The position numbers and the translations under genes were made by a program. From IMG/VR virus record IMGVR_UViG_3300005440_000008, positions 1 through 64,000 of that record: a DNA stretch of 64,000 nt; one strand, given 5' to 3'. Source of the stretch: a virus (Duplodnaviria > Caudoviricetes). Below, in pieces: positions 36,225 through 45,903 of this stretch (position 1 is the first letter of the stretch; every line of letters begins with the position of its first letter). The notes below the pieces were generated by a model. The model had not been told where the DNA came from. It saw nothing but the letters and a program-made list of their open reading frames with translations, and did no database searches.

Positions 36225-36848
36225 ATGGCCCGCCCCAACCCGCAGGCCGTCCTCGAGCACCTCAAGACGGCGATCCAGCTCCGCGCCACGGTCGTCATCG
36301 TCTACCACGGCGGCAGCCAGCCAGGGGCGAAGCGGAGCATCATCCCTCTTGAGATTCTCGGCCACCATGTTCGGGCGCACGATGTTGCCCGCAAGGAAGA
36401 CAGGACGTTCACCATCGCGAAGATCGAGCTGCCGGCCCAGGAAGTCGAGGCTCCCGTGTACGACCCGAGCCTCACGTCACCGGACGCCAGCGCCGGCAGC
36501 CACACGGTAGTCGAGGTCAATCTCCTCGGCGGTACCTCGATCACCCGACCGGCGCGGCCCGACGAAATCAAGGAGGCGACCGAAGCGCGCTGGGCCAGAC
36601 ACAGGGAGAACCTCGAGGACATCCGAAAGGCGCAGGAGGAGTTCGACCGGAAGCCGGGACCACGCATCACCCTCGAGCTACCTCCTGGGGATTACATCGT
36701 GAGCGTGAGATCCAGGGGCTCTCGGGTCTGGCAAATCTATTCGGACGGGAAGATCGTGGGACCGAGTAGCAAGTTGAAACGCGTCGCGGTGTGGGATGCC
36801 CTCAGCGAATTGACCCTGGCGGCAGAGGTCAAGGAAGGCCTTCAGTGA
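36225..36848 (+). CDS. WYL-domain-containing protein
   Basis: AIQ..VVIVYHGGSQPG.KR.I.P...RAHD...RTFTIAKI. Confidence 0.7.
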   Translation: MARPNPQAVLEHLKTAIQLRATVVIVYHGGSQPGAKRSIIPLEILGHHVRAHDVARKEDRTFTIAKIELPAQEVEAPVYDPSLTSPDASAGSHTVVEVNLLGGTSITRPARPDEIKEATEARWARHRENLEDIRKAQEEFDRKPGPRITLELPPGDYIVSVRSRGSRVWQIYSDGKIVGPSSKLKRVAVWDALSELTLAAEVKEGLQ

Positions 36849-36931
36849 CCTGGCGCGACCTTCTCTTCGCCCTCGCCGTGGGTCTCGGCGGGGCGTGGAT
36901 GATCCTGGGCGCGCTGTGAGCTTCGCCGACG

Positions 36932-37231
36932 GTGGGTCATCGGAGGGCATCATTGCCGCCCACTGATTCCCTGCCGGACTGGTTCTGGTGGCACTACGGC
37001 ACGATCGGCGCGTTGCTCTGGGCCGCGGTCGGCGTCGTGTGGTGGTACGTCGGCGACATCGAGAGCGCGATGGGGACGGTGTGCCGAGCCGTCGGGTTCT
37101 ATGCGTCGTGGGCTGGCTTCGGACTTGCTGCGTTCTGGCTCGTCAGTACCGCCTTCGCGGCAGGAATCATCCTCCTCGTCCTTCCTATCGTGGCCGTCTC
37201 CCGGATGATCGAGCGGCGTAAGGCCAAATGA
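36932..37231 (+). CDS. Small membrane protein
   Basis: 2-3 hydrophobic segments; start uncertain. Confidence 0.5.
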   Translation: MGHRRASLPPTDSLPDWFWWHYGTIGALLWAAVGVVWWYVGDIESAMGTVCRAVGFYASWAGFGLAAFWLVSTAFAAGIILLVLPIVAVSRMIERRKAK

Positions 37232-37452
37232 GCCTCGCCGACGCGATCCTCTACGAGGCCAGCTTCCAGATCTGGCTCGAGGGCGACGCCTGCCACGACC
37301 GGCCCGACAACCGTGAGGGGTGGATCTACCGATCGCCCGAGGAGCGCGTCGCCCTGGCGCTCAAGCACGCGGCCGAGCGGGCAAAGGTCGCGGCGATGAC
37401 GATCCACCGAGGCCCACGCGACCGCCTGGCGGCCCGGAAGGAGCGCGGCTGA
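37228..37452 (+). CDS. Hypothetical protein
   Basis: Coupled overlaps. Confidence 0.5.
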   Translation: MSLADAILYEASFQIWLEGDACHDRPDNREGWIYRSPEERVALALKHAAERAKVAAMTIHRGPRDRLAARKERG

Positions 37453-37691
37453 TGCGCCGGCCGCGGCTGCCCGACCCTGAGCCCGCGAAAGCCAAGCCGA
37501 TCACCGCCGCGCAGATCCGCGCAATGGCGAAGACGGCGATCGCGCGGCGGGCGCCCGGGCAGGGGAAGAAGGTTACCCTCACCCTCCGGATCACCCTCAG
37601 CCGCGAGCGGGCGGAGCAGCTCTCGGAGGCGGCGATCCGGGAGGAGCGGAACCTCGAGGACCTGGTGGGGGAGATCGTGGAGGGGGAGTAG
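37452..37691 (+). CDS. Possible RHH-like regulator
   Basis: VTLTLRITLSRERAEQL...NLEDLVGEIVE. Confidence 0.55.
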   Translation: MRRPRLPDPEPAKAKPITAAQIRAMAKTAIARRAPGQGKKVTLTLRITLSRERAEQLSEAAIREERNLEDLVGEIVEGE

Positions 37692-37747
37692 GTGCGGAGC
37701 GGGGTGGCCTTGACCCCCGTGCAGCCGAAGCATAGGATTGGGCCCCC

Positions 37748-38011
37748 ATGGCGATCGGTGATTGGGTGGATGTGCCGACGATACGGTCAATCTGCTCGCA
37801 CGCCTCTGGGGCTGCGGTGAGCCTCCTCGTCTTCGCTGCGCTCGGCACGGTGGCGTCGCTCGCGATACAGAATGCCCGGCTCCGGGTGATCGTCCTGACG
37901 ATAGACGCCGTGGTGTTGGTGGGAATCCTACTCTGGCTAGCCTGGCAGACAGCAGTGCTACTCTGGAACAACAGGATTAAGATCAATGGCTTATCAATCC
38001 TTTGGGTCTGA
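37748..38011 (+). CDS. Two-TM membrane protein
   Basis: Two hydrophobic helices. Confidence 0.5.
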   Translation: MAIGDWVDVPTIRSICSHASGAAVSLLVFAALGTVASLAIQNARLRVIVLTIDAVVLVGILLWLAWQTAVLLWNNRIKINGLSILWV

Positions 38012-38399
38012 CCTTCTCCGAATGGCGGGCCGGTACCTCCTCGTGGGCGGGTGCTTCGTTCCATGGGGCCTCGGTTACGCCATTGCTGAGCGGTACGGCT
38101 GGGACATCACCCCCGTGCTCCTCGGGACCTTGGCTGGCGGGCTCGTCACGAGCGGGATCGTCTGGGCACGCCTAGCGCCTGCGATCGCGAGTGCCCGTCG
38201 CCTCGGGGAGGGCCCCTCGATGACGGCGGACGTCGAGTTCGACGCTGGCGATAGACCCAGTCTCAGACTGGCCAAGTCGCCCTGGGTGAGTTCCGGAACG
38301 GAGTCGATGGGGGAACACCCTCGCCAATCCACCAAGCAGGTTGGCGGACCCTACATCAACCTGTCCCCTCGAATCCAGTTCGACCTTGCCCGGCAGTGA
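37986..38399 (+). CDS. Two-TM membrane protein
   Basis: Hydrophobic N-terminal half; overlaps both neighbours. Confidence 0.45.
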   Translation: MAYQSFGSDLLRMAGRYLLVGGCFVPWGLGYAIAERYGWDITPVLLGTLAGGLVTSGIVWARLAPAIASARRLGEGPSMTADVEFDAGDRPSLRLAKSPWVSSGTESMGEHPRQSTKQVGGPYINLSPRIQFDLARQ

Positions 38400-38851
38400 G
38401 ATTCTGGCCGATCCTCGCTGATCACGCTCAGGCCCTCAACGGAAAGCTCTATCTGATGGGTGCCGGGTGGAACATCACCGGCCCTGACCCTACTCCGTTT
38501 GCGGTAGCCGGGGTGCTCGAGCTGGACTGGGATGAGGCCAATCGCCCACATACCCTGCGCATCGAGCTTCTGACGGATGACGGGCACCCGGTCCTCGTCC
38601 CAACGCCCGTCGGCGATAGGCCGGTAGACTTCGGGGGAAATCTCGAAGTCGGTAGGCCTCCAGGCAGCAGGCCGGGTACGTACTTCAACGTACCGATCGC
38701 GATGAACATCAACCCGATGCCAATCCCGCCCGGGGGCCGCTACGTTTGGCGCTTCTCCATTAACGGCGTGTCACAGGACGACTGGCGGCTGCCGTTCTCT
38801 ACGCGGGCCCCCGCACCAGCTCCGCCTCAGCCGGGAGCGCTGCCGGCGTAG
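38396..38851 (+). CDS. DUF6941-like beta-sandwich protein
   Basis: LADHAQALNGKLYLMGAGW...GGRYVWRFSING. Confidence 0.75.
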   Translation: MRFWPILADHAQALNGKLYLMGAGWNITGPDPTPFAVAGVLELDWDEANRPHTLRIELLTDDGHPVLVPTPVGDRPVDFGGNLEVGRPPGSRPGTYFNVPIAMNINPMPIPPGGRYVWRFSINGVSQDDWRLPFSTRAPAPAPPQPGALPA

Positions 38852-38929
38852 TAGCTGTGGTGCCTACGGCACCACCACCCCGTTGACCTCGAGCTCCACG
38901 CCCGCCGGCACCGTCATTTTCACTCGCGG

Positions 38930-39106
38930 CTATCCGCCGCCGCGTGGCGCCTGAGCGGCCAGGACCCGCTCCGCCGCGTCGCGAACGTTCAGGGTGACCG
39001 TCACGCCCCGATCGGCCAGCGCGGCGCGCAGCGCGTCGACGATCGGGGTCAGCTCTTCGGTGGTCTCGGCTGTCCCCTCGACTACGAAGCAGAATCGCTC
39101 AGCCAT
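38930..39106 (-). CDS. Small hypothetical protein
   Basis: MAERFCFVVEG with GAGGAGG RBS. Confidence 0.5.
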   Translation of the reverse strand: MAERFCFVVEGTAETTEELTPIVDALRAALADRGVTVTLNVRDAAERVLAAQAPRGGG

Positions 39107-39132
39107 CGCGTCCTCCTCATGGCGCAGGCGGC

Positions 39133-39851
39133 TTACCGCACGAGCTCGCCGTTCCGCAGGAACCCGTGCCAGTCGCCGCCCTGGATCGAGCCGGCGCCGG
39201 CGGCGCACGTGGGCCCGCCCGACTTCCCCACGGTCACGTCCGGCGGCTCGCCGGTGCGCACCCAGCACCGATGCAGACGGTCATCCTTCAAAGCGCAGTT
39301 CCCCGCCCGGCTGTCGATGTCCCACGGGATCCCGTTCGGGAGGATCACGGACAGGTGCCCGCGAGGATCCACGCAGTCATCCCAGTAGAGACACGTGCGC
39401 GACCGCGGCGCCTCCCACGGCGGTTCAGTGGCCGCGTCCAGCGTCCGAATCGTCCAGTGCAGCCAGGCCGTCCAGTACATGTCGCCGGGCTCGAGGGCCC
39501 CGCTCGGGTCGGGGTGTCATAGCGGCGCTCCGGATGGACCTGGTAGATCGGTCGCTCCATCGGCTCGTCACTGCTCGTGTTGAGGTAGGCACCGTCCGGC
39601 ACCGCGAGCCCGCACTGGTCGCAGCGATCGGGCCAGAGGGTCGGTCGATCGGCATAGGCGTCCGGCCGGTCGTAGTCGCCGATCTGGATGATCGGCGGGA
39701 ACGGGTCGTCGAGCTCCTGGACTAACCGCCTCGCGTCGTGGAACGCCCGCCCGCCGTGGGTGGCCGCGTCGAGCGTGCCCCAGTAGATCCGGAGGAAGAT
39801 GCGCCGGCCGGTCTCCTGCGCGAGCCGCACGCGCACGGCGTCACTGGCCAT
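39133..39851 (-). pseudogene. Frameshifted gene (DUF6527-like C-terminus) downstream of the lysin
   Basis: Two overlapping ORFs join in frame if one copy of the 5-bp duplication at 39504-39513 is removed; ends WHGFLRNGEL. Confidence 0.7.
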
Positions 39852-40386
39852 GTGTCATCGCCTCCCGATGACCACGGAACAGACGGCGGAACCAACCTTT
39901 TCCGTAGACCACTTCCTGCGGGTTGATCTCATACCGCCACGCGCGCCGCGCCGCGTAGCAGTCCACGAGCTCGGCCGGGTTCTTCACAGCCCGTATCGCT
40001 CGGAGTGTCTCCGGCCCCAGGTCGCCGTCCTCGAAGATCCAGTGCTCGGGCGCGCGGTCATTGTTGAGCTCCTGCTGCAAGAGCTTCACGGCGGTGGCGA
40101 GCCCCTGGTTCAGGGCCGCCTCGAACACGAGCAGTCCGAGGCCTTCCGGCAGCTCGTCGCCGTGGATTGGCACCCAACGGTCGCGGTGATGGATGGCGAT
40201 CGCCTGGTCACGGGATGGTGGCCACGGGGAGAGGGTCGGGTAGAACGTCCGCGCGATCCCGTACCAGGTCTCCTTGCCCCGGTCCCGCGGATCGTTCGAG
40301 TGCGTGCCCTCGTGGTCCGGACGGAGCGCGAACTCGACGGCAGCCAGGAAGCGCGGAGTGAATCGAGGAGGCTGAATCGGAGGCAC
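39841..40386 (-). CDS. Endolysin, glycoside hydrolase family 108
   Basis: HEGTHSNDPRDRGKETWYGI, NQG, DGDLGPETL, YGKGWFRR. Confidence 0.9.
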   Translation of the reverse strand: MPPIQPPRFTPRFLAAVEFALRPDHEGTHSNDPRDRGKETWYGIARTFYPTLSPWPPSRDQAIAIHHRDRWVPIHGDELPEGLGLLVFEAALNQGLATAVKLLQQELNNDRAPEHWIFEDGDLGPETLRAIRAVKNPAELVDCYAARRAWRYEINPQEVVYGKGWFRRLFRGHREAMTHGQ

Positions 40387-40584
40387 GCCCCTACCCTTTC
40401 TCGGACCAGCCGCAGCCCGGACAGGCCCAGGGCTGCGCGGGATCCGTCTTGCGGAGCACGGCACGACACGCCGGACATCGGCGCGTCCAGATCAAACCGA
40501 AGCGAATGCAGCCCAAACTGGCCAACCCTCCAAATTGATCAAATCGTCAAACTGACACGATGCGTGACCGCCAGCCGGTTGCGG

Positions 40585-41766
40585 CTACAGGAGCACATCG
40601 TCGGTCTCGAGCGCCTGGCCCGTGTCGAGCGCGGTCACGACGGTCCGCCCGCCGCGCATCGGATCGAGGCCGAGGTTGAGGAGCTGCAAGACTTGATTCC
40701 GATACGGGAGGTTGCCAGGGCGCCGGGGCCCGAACGTCCACGTGAAGCCGATGAAGTCGCCGACGCCCGCGTGCGCCAGCACCGGGCTCTCCACCGAGAA
40801 CTCGACCCGGGCCCCCGTCGTCCGCTCGGCGAAGCTCTGCCGTCGGTAGAGCACCTCCGACCAGGTCAGGAGATCGGCCGCGCGGCGCAGCCCCCGAAGG
40901 GTCATCGTCTTGCGCGCCTCGCCGTGGACGCCCCGGGAGACGACGGCCTCTCGCATGGCATCCCCGGTCGTCGTGATCAGGGAGGACGGCGTCCCGCCGG
41001 CCCAGTTCTGGAGGTAGAAGAGGTCGAGCGCGTTGACGAGGCTCTCGTGCTGCCCCGTGCAGGTGACGCCCTCGTCGCCGTCCACGCAGTCGCGCGAGGC
41101 GACCACGTGGGCGACCAGCGCGGAGGCGTCGGGCAGGGCGCCGCCATCGTCCACGCTCAGCACGATGGTCCCGTCCGCCCGCATGGCCGCCCGGCCCATC
41201 ACGTTGAAGAGGATCTCCTGGATCCAGGCGGCGATGTCCCGCTCGTCGTGGACTACCCAGGCGGTGCGGTAGTCGCGCCGCTCCACGATTTCCGCCGCCG
41301 CCCGCCAGGAGGGCAGATCCACCACGCTCAGCGGGAACGCCGCGCGGCTGAAGAGCAGATCCGCCAGCTGCGAGATGGCGTTGACGATCAAGGTCCCCTC
41401 GAGGTCGGGGAAGACCGCGTCATACAGCTTGCCGCGGCCGCGCCAGGTCACGGCGTCGTCGGGCTGCGCGGCAAACGTGATCGTGGCGATCTCGCCTTGG
41501 CCCTGGTAGTCGTTCGCCAGGTTGAGTGTGAAGCCCGTGCTCTGGAGCACCGGCCCGATGTAGACCGCGGTGATGGCGTCGACGGGATGGGCCGCGGCGG
41601 CGTAGGTGAAGGTCGCCTGGTCGATCAGCACCGCGGGGCACGGTCCGGCGATCCCACCGATGGTGAGGTCCCCATAGCAATCGCCGATGATGGCGGCCGC
41701 GTCGCCCGGATCCGTGTAGCGGCCGGCGCGCACGAGACTGAGCGGACGTCCGATCTCGATGGGCAT
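40585..41766 (-). CDS. Phage tail tip protein
   Basis: Position after the tape measure; hub-like composition. Confidence 0.7.
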   Translation of the reverse strand: MPIEIGRPLSLVRAGRYTDPGDAAAIIGDCYGDLTIGGIAGPCPAVLIDQATFTYAAAAHPVDAITAVYIGPVLQSTGFTLNLANDYQGQGEIATITFAAQPDDAVTWRGRGKLYDAVFPDLEGTLIVNAISQLADLLFSRAAFPLSVVDLPSWRAAAEIVERRDYRTAWVVHDERDIAAWIQEILFNVMGRAAMRADGTIVLSVDDGGALPDASALVAHVVASRDCVDGDEGVTCTGQHESLVNALDLFYLQNWAGGTPSSLITTTGDAMREAVVSRGVHGEARKTMTLRGLRRAADLLTWSEVLYRRQSFAERTTGARVEFSVESPVLAHAGVGDFIGFTWTFGPRRPGNLPYRNQVLQLLNLGLDPMRGGRTVVTALDTGQALETDDVLL

Positions 41767-41769
41767 CGG

Positions 41770-42219
41770 TCAGAGCCGCGCGATCTCGAGACGGAGGGCC
41801 TTCTTCGTCAGCGTCCACTGCTGGATCTGGCCGCTGACCGCGAGCAGCGCGTCGTCGGGCGAGAGATCGGGGAACGTGACGTACACCTCGGCCGCTCGCT
41901 TGAGGAGGTATTCCTGGCCCACCAGCCGGCCCATCGCCAGGTCGGTGTTGTCGAGCTCGACGCTGACGTGGGGCAGCTCCAGCTGCGTCCACGCTCCGAG
42001 GACGGCCTGGCCGATCGGCTCGGCGCCCTGCTCGATCGGCGACATGGAGGTGATCCGCGCCCCCCGCTCGAGCACGGGCGCGTCGAACGCCCAGGCGAGC
42101 CCGGGCCAGTAGACCCCATAGATCCGATCGCCCATCGGCAGGTGAAGCACCACGATGGGGACGAGCGCCGCGCGCGCCTCGAGCTGGTCCAGCCATGCCG
42201 GGGTGATCGGCTCGCTCAC
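41770..42219 (-). CDS. Minor tail protein
   Basis: GTG start; VSVELDNTD..GQIQQW. Confidence 0.65.
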   Translation of the reverse strand: MSEPITPAWLDQLEARAALVPIVVLHLPMGDRIYGVYWPGLAWAFDAPVLERGARITSMSPIEQGAEPIGQAVLGAWTQLELPHVSVELDNTDLAMGRLVGQEYLLKRAAEVYVTFPDLSPDDALLAVSGQIQQWTLTKKALRLEIARL

Positions 42220-43394
42220 GCCGTCTCGTCCCCCCGCGTGCGCGGGCGCTCCACGAAGCTGACGTCGACGCGGCGCTGCTCCGGGACGCTGGGCAGGTTC
42301 CGCGAGCTGAAGTCCCCCGCCCACTCGCAAAGGCGCACGGAGCCAAGGTCGCCCGGCTTCCGGTGCACCCAGATCGGGCGAACCGCGCCGTCGGATGCGT
42401 GGAGCCCGCGATAGGCGGCCTCGAGGGCCGTGTCCTGGGCGGCCGCGAGCGGGCCGAACGCCCAGTCGTAGCGACGGAGGCCGTTGATGATGAACTCGGC
42501 CGGGCTGGTCGGCTCGACTACGGTCGCGATCGTCTGGAACCCGAGCGGGAGCCGCACCATCGCCCAGGGGGACCACCGCTCAGCGAGCACCTCGGCCGGC
42601 GTGAGGGGGCGATTCCACGCCTTCATCCACTGCCACGTGCCGTTGATGTTGAAGCCGAAGTCTTCACCGAAGCCCCATTGCAGTGCGGTCGCGTTAGGGA
42701 CTGGAAGATCGAGGGTCCCAGTGACCGGGTCTCCCAGCTGAAGCCCGTCGACGAAGAAGGTGTACACCTTGCCCGCGGTTCGCGTGACCGCCACCGTATA
42801 GAATCGGTCGTCGGTGAGGGTCTGACCGACCGTTGAAATGGCGTAGTCGTTTACAAACGGAGCGGGGTGGATCTTGAAATAGAACCGATATTGAGATGTC
42901 GCGCCGGCCAGGGCCGCGTAGTTCCAATTCCATCGAACGCTGACGTTGGACCCCCCGTCGGTGCGACCGCAAAACGTCCGCTGGGACGCATCCGCCGTGA
43001 TCAGCGTGTTGATCCGCACCGCACACATCAGGGTGAACTCGCCCGACGCGAAGTCCCAGTCACTGATGCTGTACTTGTGGTTGACGCCGAAGTTGCCGTA
43101 CTGGCCCCCGCCCGATCCAATGTAAAACCCCGGTCCGTGGGGGGTACTCACGAATGCGCCGAGCGACTGCCCGCCGCCCACGTTGAACACCGCCGGTCGG
43201 TTGTAGCGGGACAGGTCCGGAAACCGAACGGCCGCCCCGCTTGGCGTGCCCGAGTCGCCCAGGAAGCCGATCGCCGACGGCCACCAGAACCCGAGGAGCC
43301 CACGGGCACGCGGGTGGTGTTCATCGAGCACCACACCGGGGATGGGCGGGTTGCGCCCGTTCCAGAGCGGACCGAGCAGAAGCGGCCGGATCAT
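42216..43394 (-). CDS. LamG/concanavalin A-like domain fused to a tail-protein C-terminal domain
   Basis: FTLMCAVR, VAVTR, FFVDG, WNRPLTPAEV (LamG); the last ~90 aa resemble the C-terminus of 44830-45903. Confidence 0.8.
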   Translation of the reverse strand: MIRPLLLGPLWNGRNPPIPGVVLDEHHPRARGLLGFWWPSAIGFLGDSGTPSGAAVRFPDLSRYNRPAVFNVGGGQSLGAFVSTPHGPGFYIGSGGGQYGNFGVNHKYSISDWDFASGEFTLMCAVRINTLITADASQRTFCGRTDGGSNVSVRWNWNYAALAGATSQYRFYFKIHPAPFVNDYAISTVGQTLTDDRFYTVAVTRTAGKVYTFFVDGLQLGDPVTGTLDLPVPNATALQWGFGEDFGFNINGTWQWMKAWNRPLTPAEVLAERWSPWAMVRLPLGFQTIATVVEPTSPAEFIINGLRRYDWAFGPLAAAQDTALEAAYRGLHASDGAVRPIWVHRKPGDLGSVRLCEWAGDFSSRNLPSVPEQRRVDVSFVERPRTRGDETA

Positions 43395-43984
43395 TCGTCG
43401 AAGGTCTGGGCGCTGGCCTCGACGCGAACCGAGTCGCCGGTGCTCTGGGGGCCGTAGTCGATCACCACCTCGGTGAAGGAGCCGCCGACCACCCAGATCG
43501 GATCCAGCTCATCGGCCTTACTGGTCACCGGGTCCGCCTGTCCCGCCGTGTGGGTGAAGGTGAGGGGGCGATCCAGCGTGATGACGGCGGCGGCGACCTT
43601 GGAGACCTTGCCCCATTCCTCGCGGGCGGTCCCGGGGGCGATGAGAATGCGGTCCCCGGCCAAGAACCCAGCCCCTGAGGCCAGGGTGAGCACGTTCTGG
43701 CCGGCGGCGCTATCAGACGCCACCGTCGTTGATCCCGCCGCGATCGACCCGGAGTTCCCAAAGAACACGTTCCCCCCGTAGGCGATCGCGTCGGCATTCA
43801 GCGTCCGTCTCACGGACACGTCGATGACGGGGGCGATCACGGCCGTCCCGGTGCGACCGATCCGAATGAAGATGTAGGCCGCGACCTTCTCGGTGAGGTC
43901 GATCACCCCTCGGGCGACGCTCCCCCGGGCGAGGGTAGCGGACGGGATGATTGGGACGTTGTCTGTCCAGACCGGCGTGGGCAT
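43391..43984 (-). CDS. Putative virion structural protein
   Basis: Beta-rich; AAAGGAG RBS; coupled to the LamG gene. Confidence 0.7.
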   Translation of the reverse strand: MPTPVWTDNVPIIPSATLARGSVARGVIDLTEKVAAYIFIRIGRTGTAVIAPVIDVSVRRTLNADAIAYGGNVFFGNSGSIAAGSTTVASDSAAGQNVLTLASGAGFLAGDRILIAPGTAREEWGKVSKVAAAVITLDRPLTFTHTAGQADPVTSKADELDPIWVVGGSFTEVVIDYGPQSTGDSVRVEASAQTFDE

Positions 43985-44008
43985 AGGTGGTGTGCGCTCC
44001 TTTCGTGT

Positions 44009-44830
44009 CTACAACCCCGCCCACCGCCCGGACGCCATCCGACGTCGCGGCGATGCGCGGTCGATCGATTCGCGGTCGCCCAGCTCGAAGGGCGGCTCGA
44101 GGTACGGGCCGAGATAGGCCTCGCTGATCCGGATGAACCCGTCCGGGTTTGCCGGGTCGGTGATGTCCAGGCCCCAGTAGCGATGGGTCCGTGCCGGGGG
44201 CCCCAGGTAGTGGACGAGCTGCCCGGTCGGCGCGCCGTCCTCGTCGAGGGGGATGGTCACCGGGTCGCTCACGGTGAGCGGGGTGTAGGTCGGGCTCGCC
44301 GACGCCAGCAGGCGCACCACGGCGGCAGCCGTCAGGTTGTGGTCCAGGAGCGCGAGCACGGTGGGTGTCTTGGCCGCGCCGAGGTCGGCCCGGATCCGCA
44401 CGGTTGCCGTCACGTCGAGCGAGCGGAACTCGGTGTCCCGGTCGCCGTCGAGCAGCTGCTCGATGCCGTGCGGCCGCACGCCCCGGAAGCGGAACCGGTC
44501 GGGGGGCTCGTAGACGTCGCCGGACGGGAAGAGGGCGCTGACGCCGTCCGTGAGGAGGATGGCCGACGACGTCGTCAGGAGGATCGCGCTGCTGCTGAGG
44601 ACGTCCGCGTCGGGCGACCAGTAGAACGTGGCCACGCCGGAGACGCCCGGGAGATCGATCTGGATCACGTACTCGCGCTCCTGGAGGCCCGCGAACACGC
44701 CGGCGAGCTCCACGTCGCCGTCCCGGCTCTCCTTCTGCACGGCGCTCAGGACGCCGACCGCTTCCGGGCTCGCGGTCAGCACCGCCTCGAGGAGATAGTT
44801 GTCGTGGAAGAGCCGCGGGCGGATGGGCAT
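44009..44830 (-). CDS. Tail protein paralog, C-terminally truncated
   Basis: Shares DRDTEFR, LALLDHNL and NPDG..R.SE.YLG motifs with 44830-45903; stops after GRW. Confidence 0.75.
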   Translation of the reverse strand: MPIRPRLFHDNYLLEAVLTASPEAVGVLSAVQKESRDGDVELAGVFAGLQEREYVIQIDLPGVSGVATFYWSPDADVLSSSAILLTTSSAILLTDGVSALFPSGDVYEPPDRFRFRGVRPHGIEQLLDGDRDTEFRSLDVTATVRIRADLGAAKTPTVLALLDHNLTAAAVVRLLASASPTYTPLTVSDPVTIPLDEDGAPTGQLVHYLGPPARTHRYWGLDITDPANPDGFIRISEAYLGPYLEPPFELGDRESIDRASPRRRMASGRWAGL

Positions 44831-45903
44831 CAGAGGGTCCGCGGCACCTCGGCCAGGCGCGCCTCCACCGCGTAGCGCTCCGGCGAGCCGGGATGGTTCG
44901 CGCTCGGCGCGGCCGGCGACCACTCCACGAGGACGAGCATGTCCGGATCGGCGCTGTCGAGATGCAGGAGGCCGGGCTCGGTGCGCGCCCGCGCTGCGTC
45001 GAAGAGCCCCTCGAAGATCGCGAAGAGCGCGTCCCGGTCCTCCTCGAGGAGCTGGTCCCAGTCGACCGTCAGATTCCGCGCCAGGACGGGCACCGCGACC
45101 AGCCACCGCCCGGTGACCGCGCGATCCCGCTGGACGACCCGCTGCCACTGGCGCACGTCGCCGAGCTCGACCCGGCGCCGCGTCTCGAGATAGGTGCCGA
45201 GGTAGAGCTCGCTCCAGCGGAGGTACCCATCCGGATTCCCCGGGTTCGACACCGCCACACGCCAGTAGCGATAGGTGCGAGGCGGAGCCCCCAGGTAGTG
45301 TACGAGGGGCGACCCGGGCACGACGGGGATCGCGTCGTTCACGGCCACCGAGGCGAAGGCGTCCGCGGAGGCCTGGAGCCGGAGCGAGGCGCCGGCGACC
45401 AGGTTGTGGTCGAGCAGCGCCAACACGGTGGGGGTCACGGCCGCCGTGAAGTCCAGCGTGCAGGTCACCGGCCCGGTCCCCGCAGTCCGGAACTCGGTAT
45501 CGCGGTCGGCGTCGAGCATGCGCGCCGGGCCCCAGGGCAAGTACGCGCGCCAGCGCCACACGTCGCCCGCCTCGCAGTCGGTGCTCACCCCACGGCTGAA
45601 TCGGATCGTGAGCCCGAAGGACAGCGCGACGGGCAGCTCGCTCGTCAGCACGCCCGTGGCGACGAAGGTGGCGCCGTCGTCCTCCGACCACTTGAAGGTC
45701 GCGACGCCCACGTTCCCGCTGACCTCGATCTCCACCAGGTAGTCCCGGGCGACCAGGCCGGTGTACGCGCCGGCGACCACCACGATCGAGGAGCCGAGCC
45801 CGTCTTTTCGGAGGGCGGTGATCCGCCCCGTCGCGGCTTCCGAGACCGTCAGGAGCGCGACGTCGCTGATGAGATTGTGGTTGAGCCAGCGCGTCGGGCC
45901 CAT
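44830..45903 (-). CDS. Distal-tail-like protein
   Basis: Directly follows the tape measure gene. Confidence 0.75.
   Translation of the reverse strand: MGPTRWLNHNLISDVALLTVSEAATGRITALRKDGLGSSIVVVAGAYTGLVARDYLVEIEVSGNVGVATFKWSEDDGATFVATGVLTSELPVALSFGLTIRFSRGVSTDCEAGDVWRWRAYLPWGPARMLDADRDTEFRTAGTGPVTCTLDFTAAVTPTVLALLDHNLVAGASLRLQASADAFASVAVNDAIPVVPGSPLVHYLGAPPRTYRYWRVAVSNPGNPDGYLRWSELYLGTYLETRRRVELGDVRQWQRVVQRDRAVTGRWLVAVPVLARNLTVDWDQLLEEDRDALFAIFEGLFDAARARTEPGLLHLDSADPDMLVLVEWSPAAPSANHPGSPERYAVEARLAEVPRTL

Noticed and set aside
40390-40584. Promoter or ncRNA upstream of the endolysin
   Set aside because: AT-richer gap with a short TTGATCAA palindrome but no convincing -35/-10 pair or structure.
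39799-42414. 871-aa plus-strand ORF and similar long antisense ORFs (10202-12553, 13167-15251, 16269-17978, 50107-51483)
   Set aside because: Antisense shadows expected at very high GC; they overlap well-supported genes and lack motifs.
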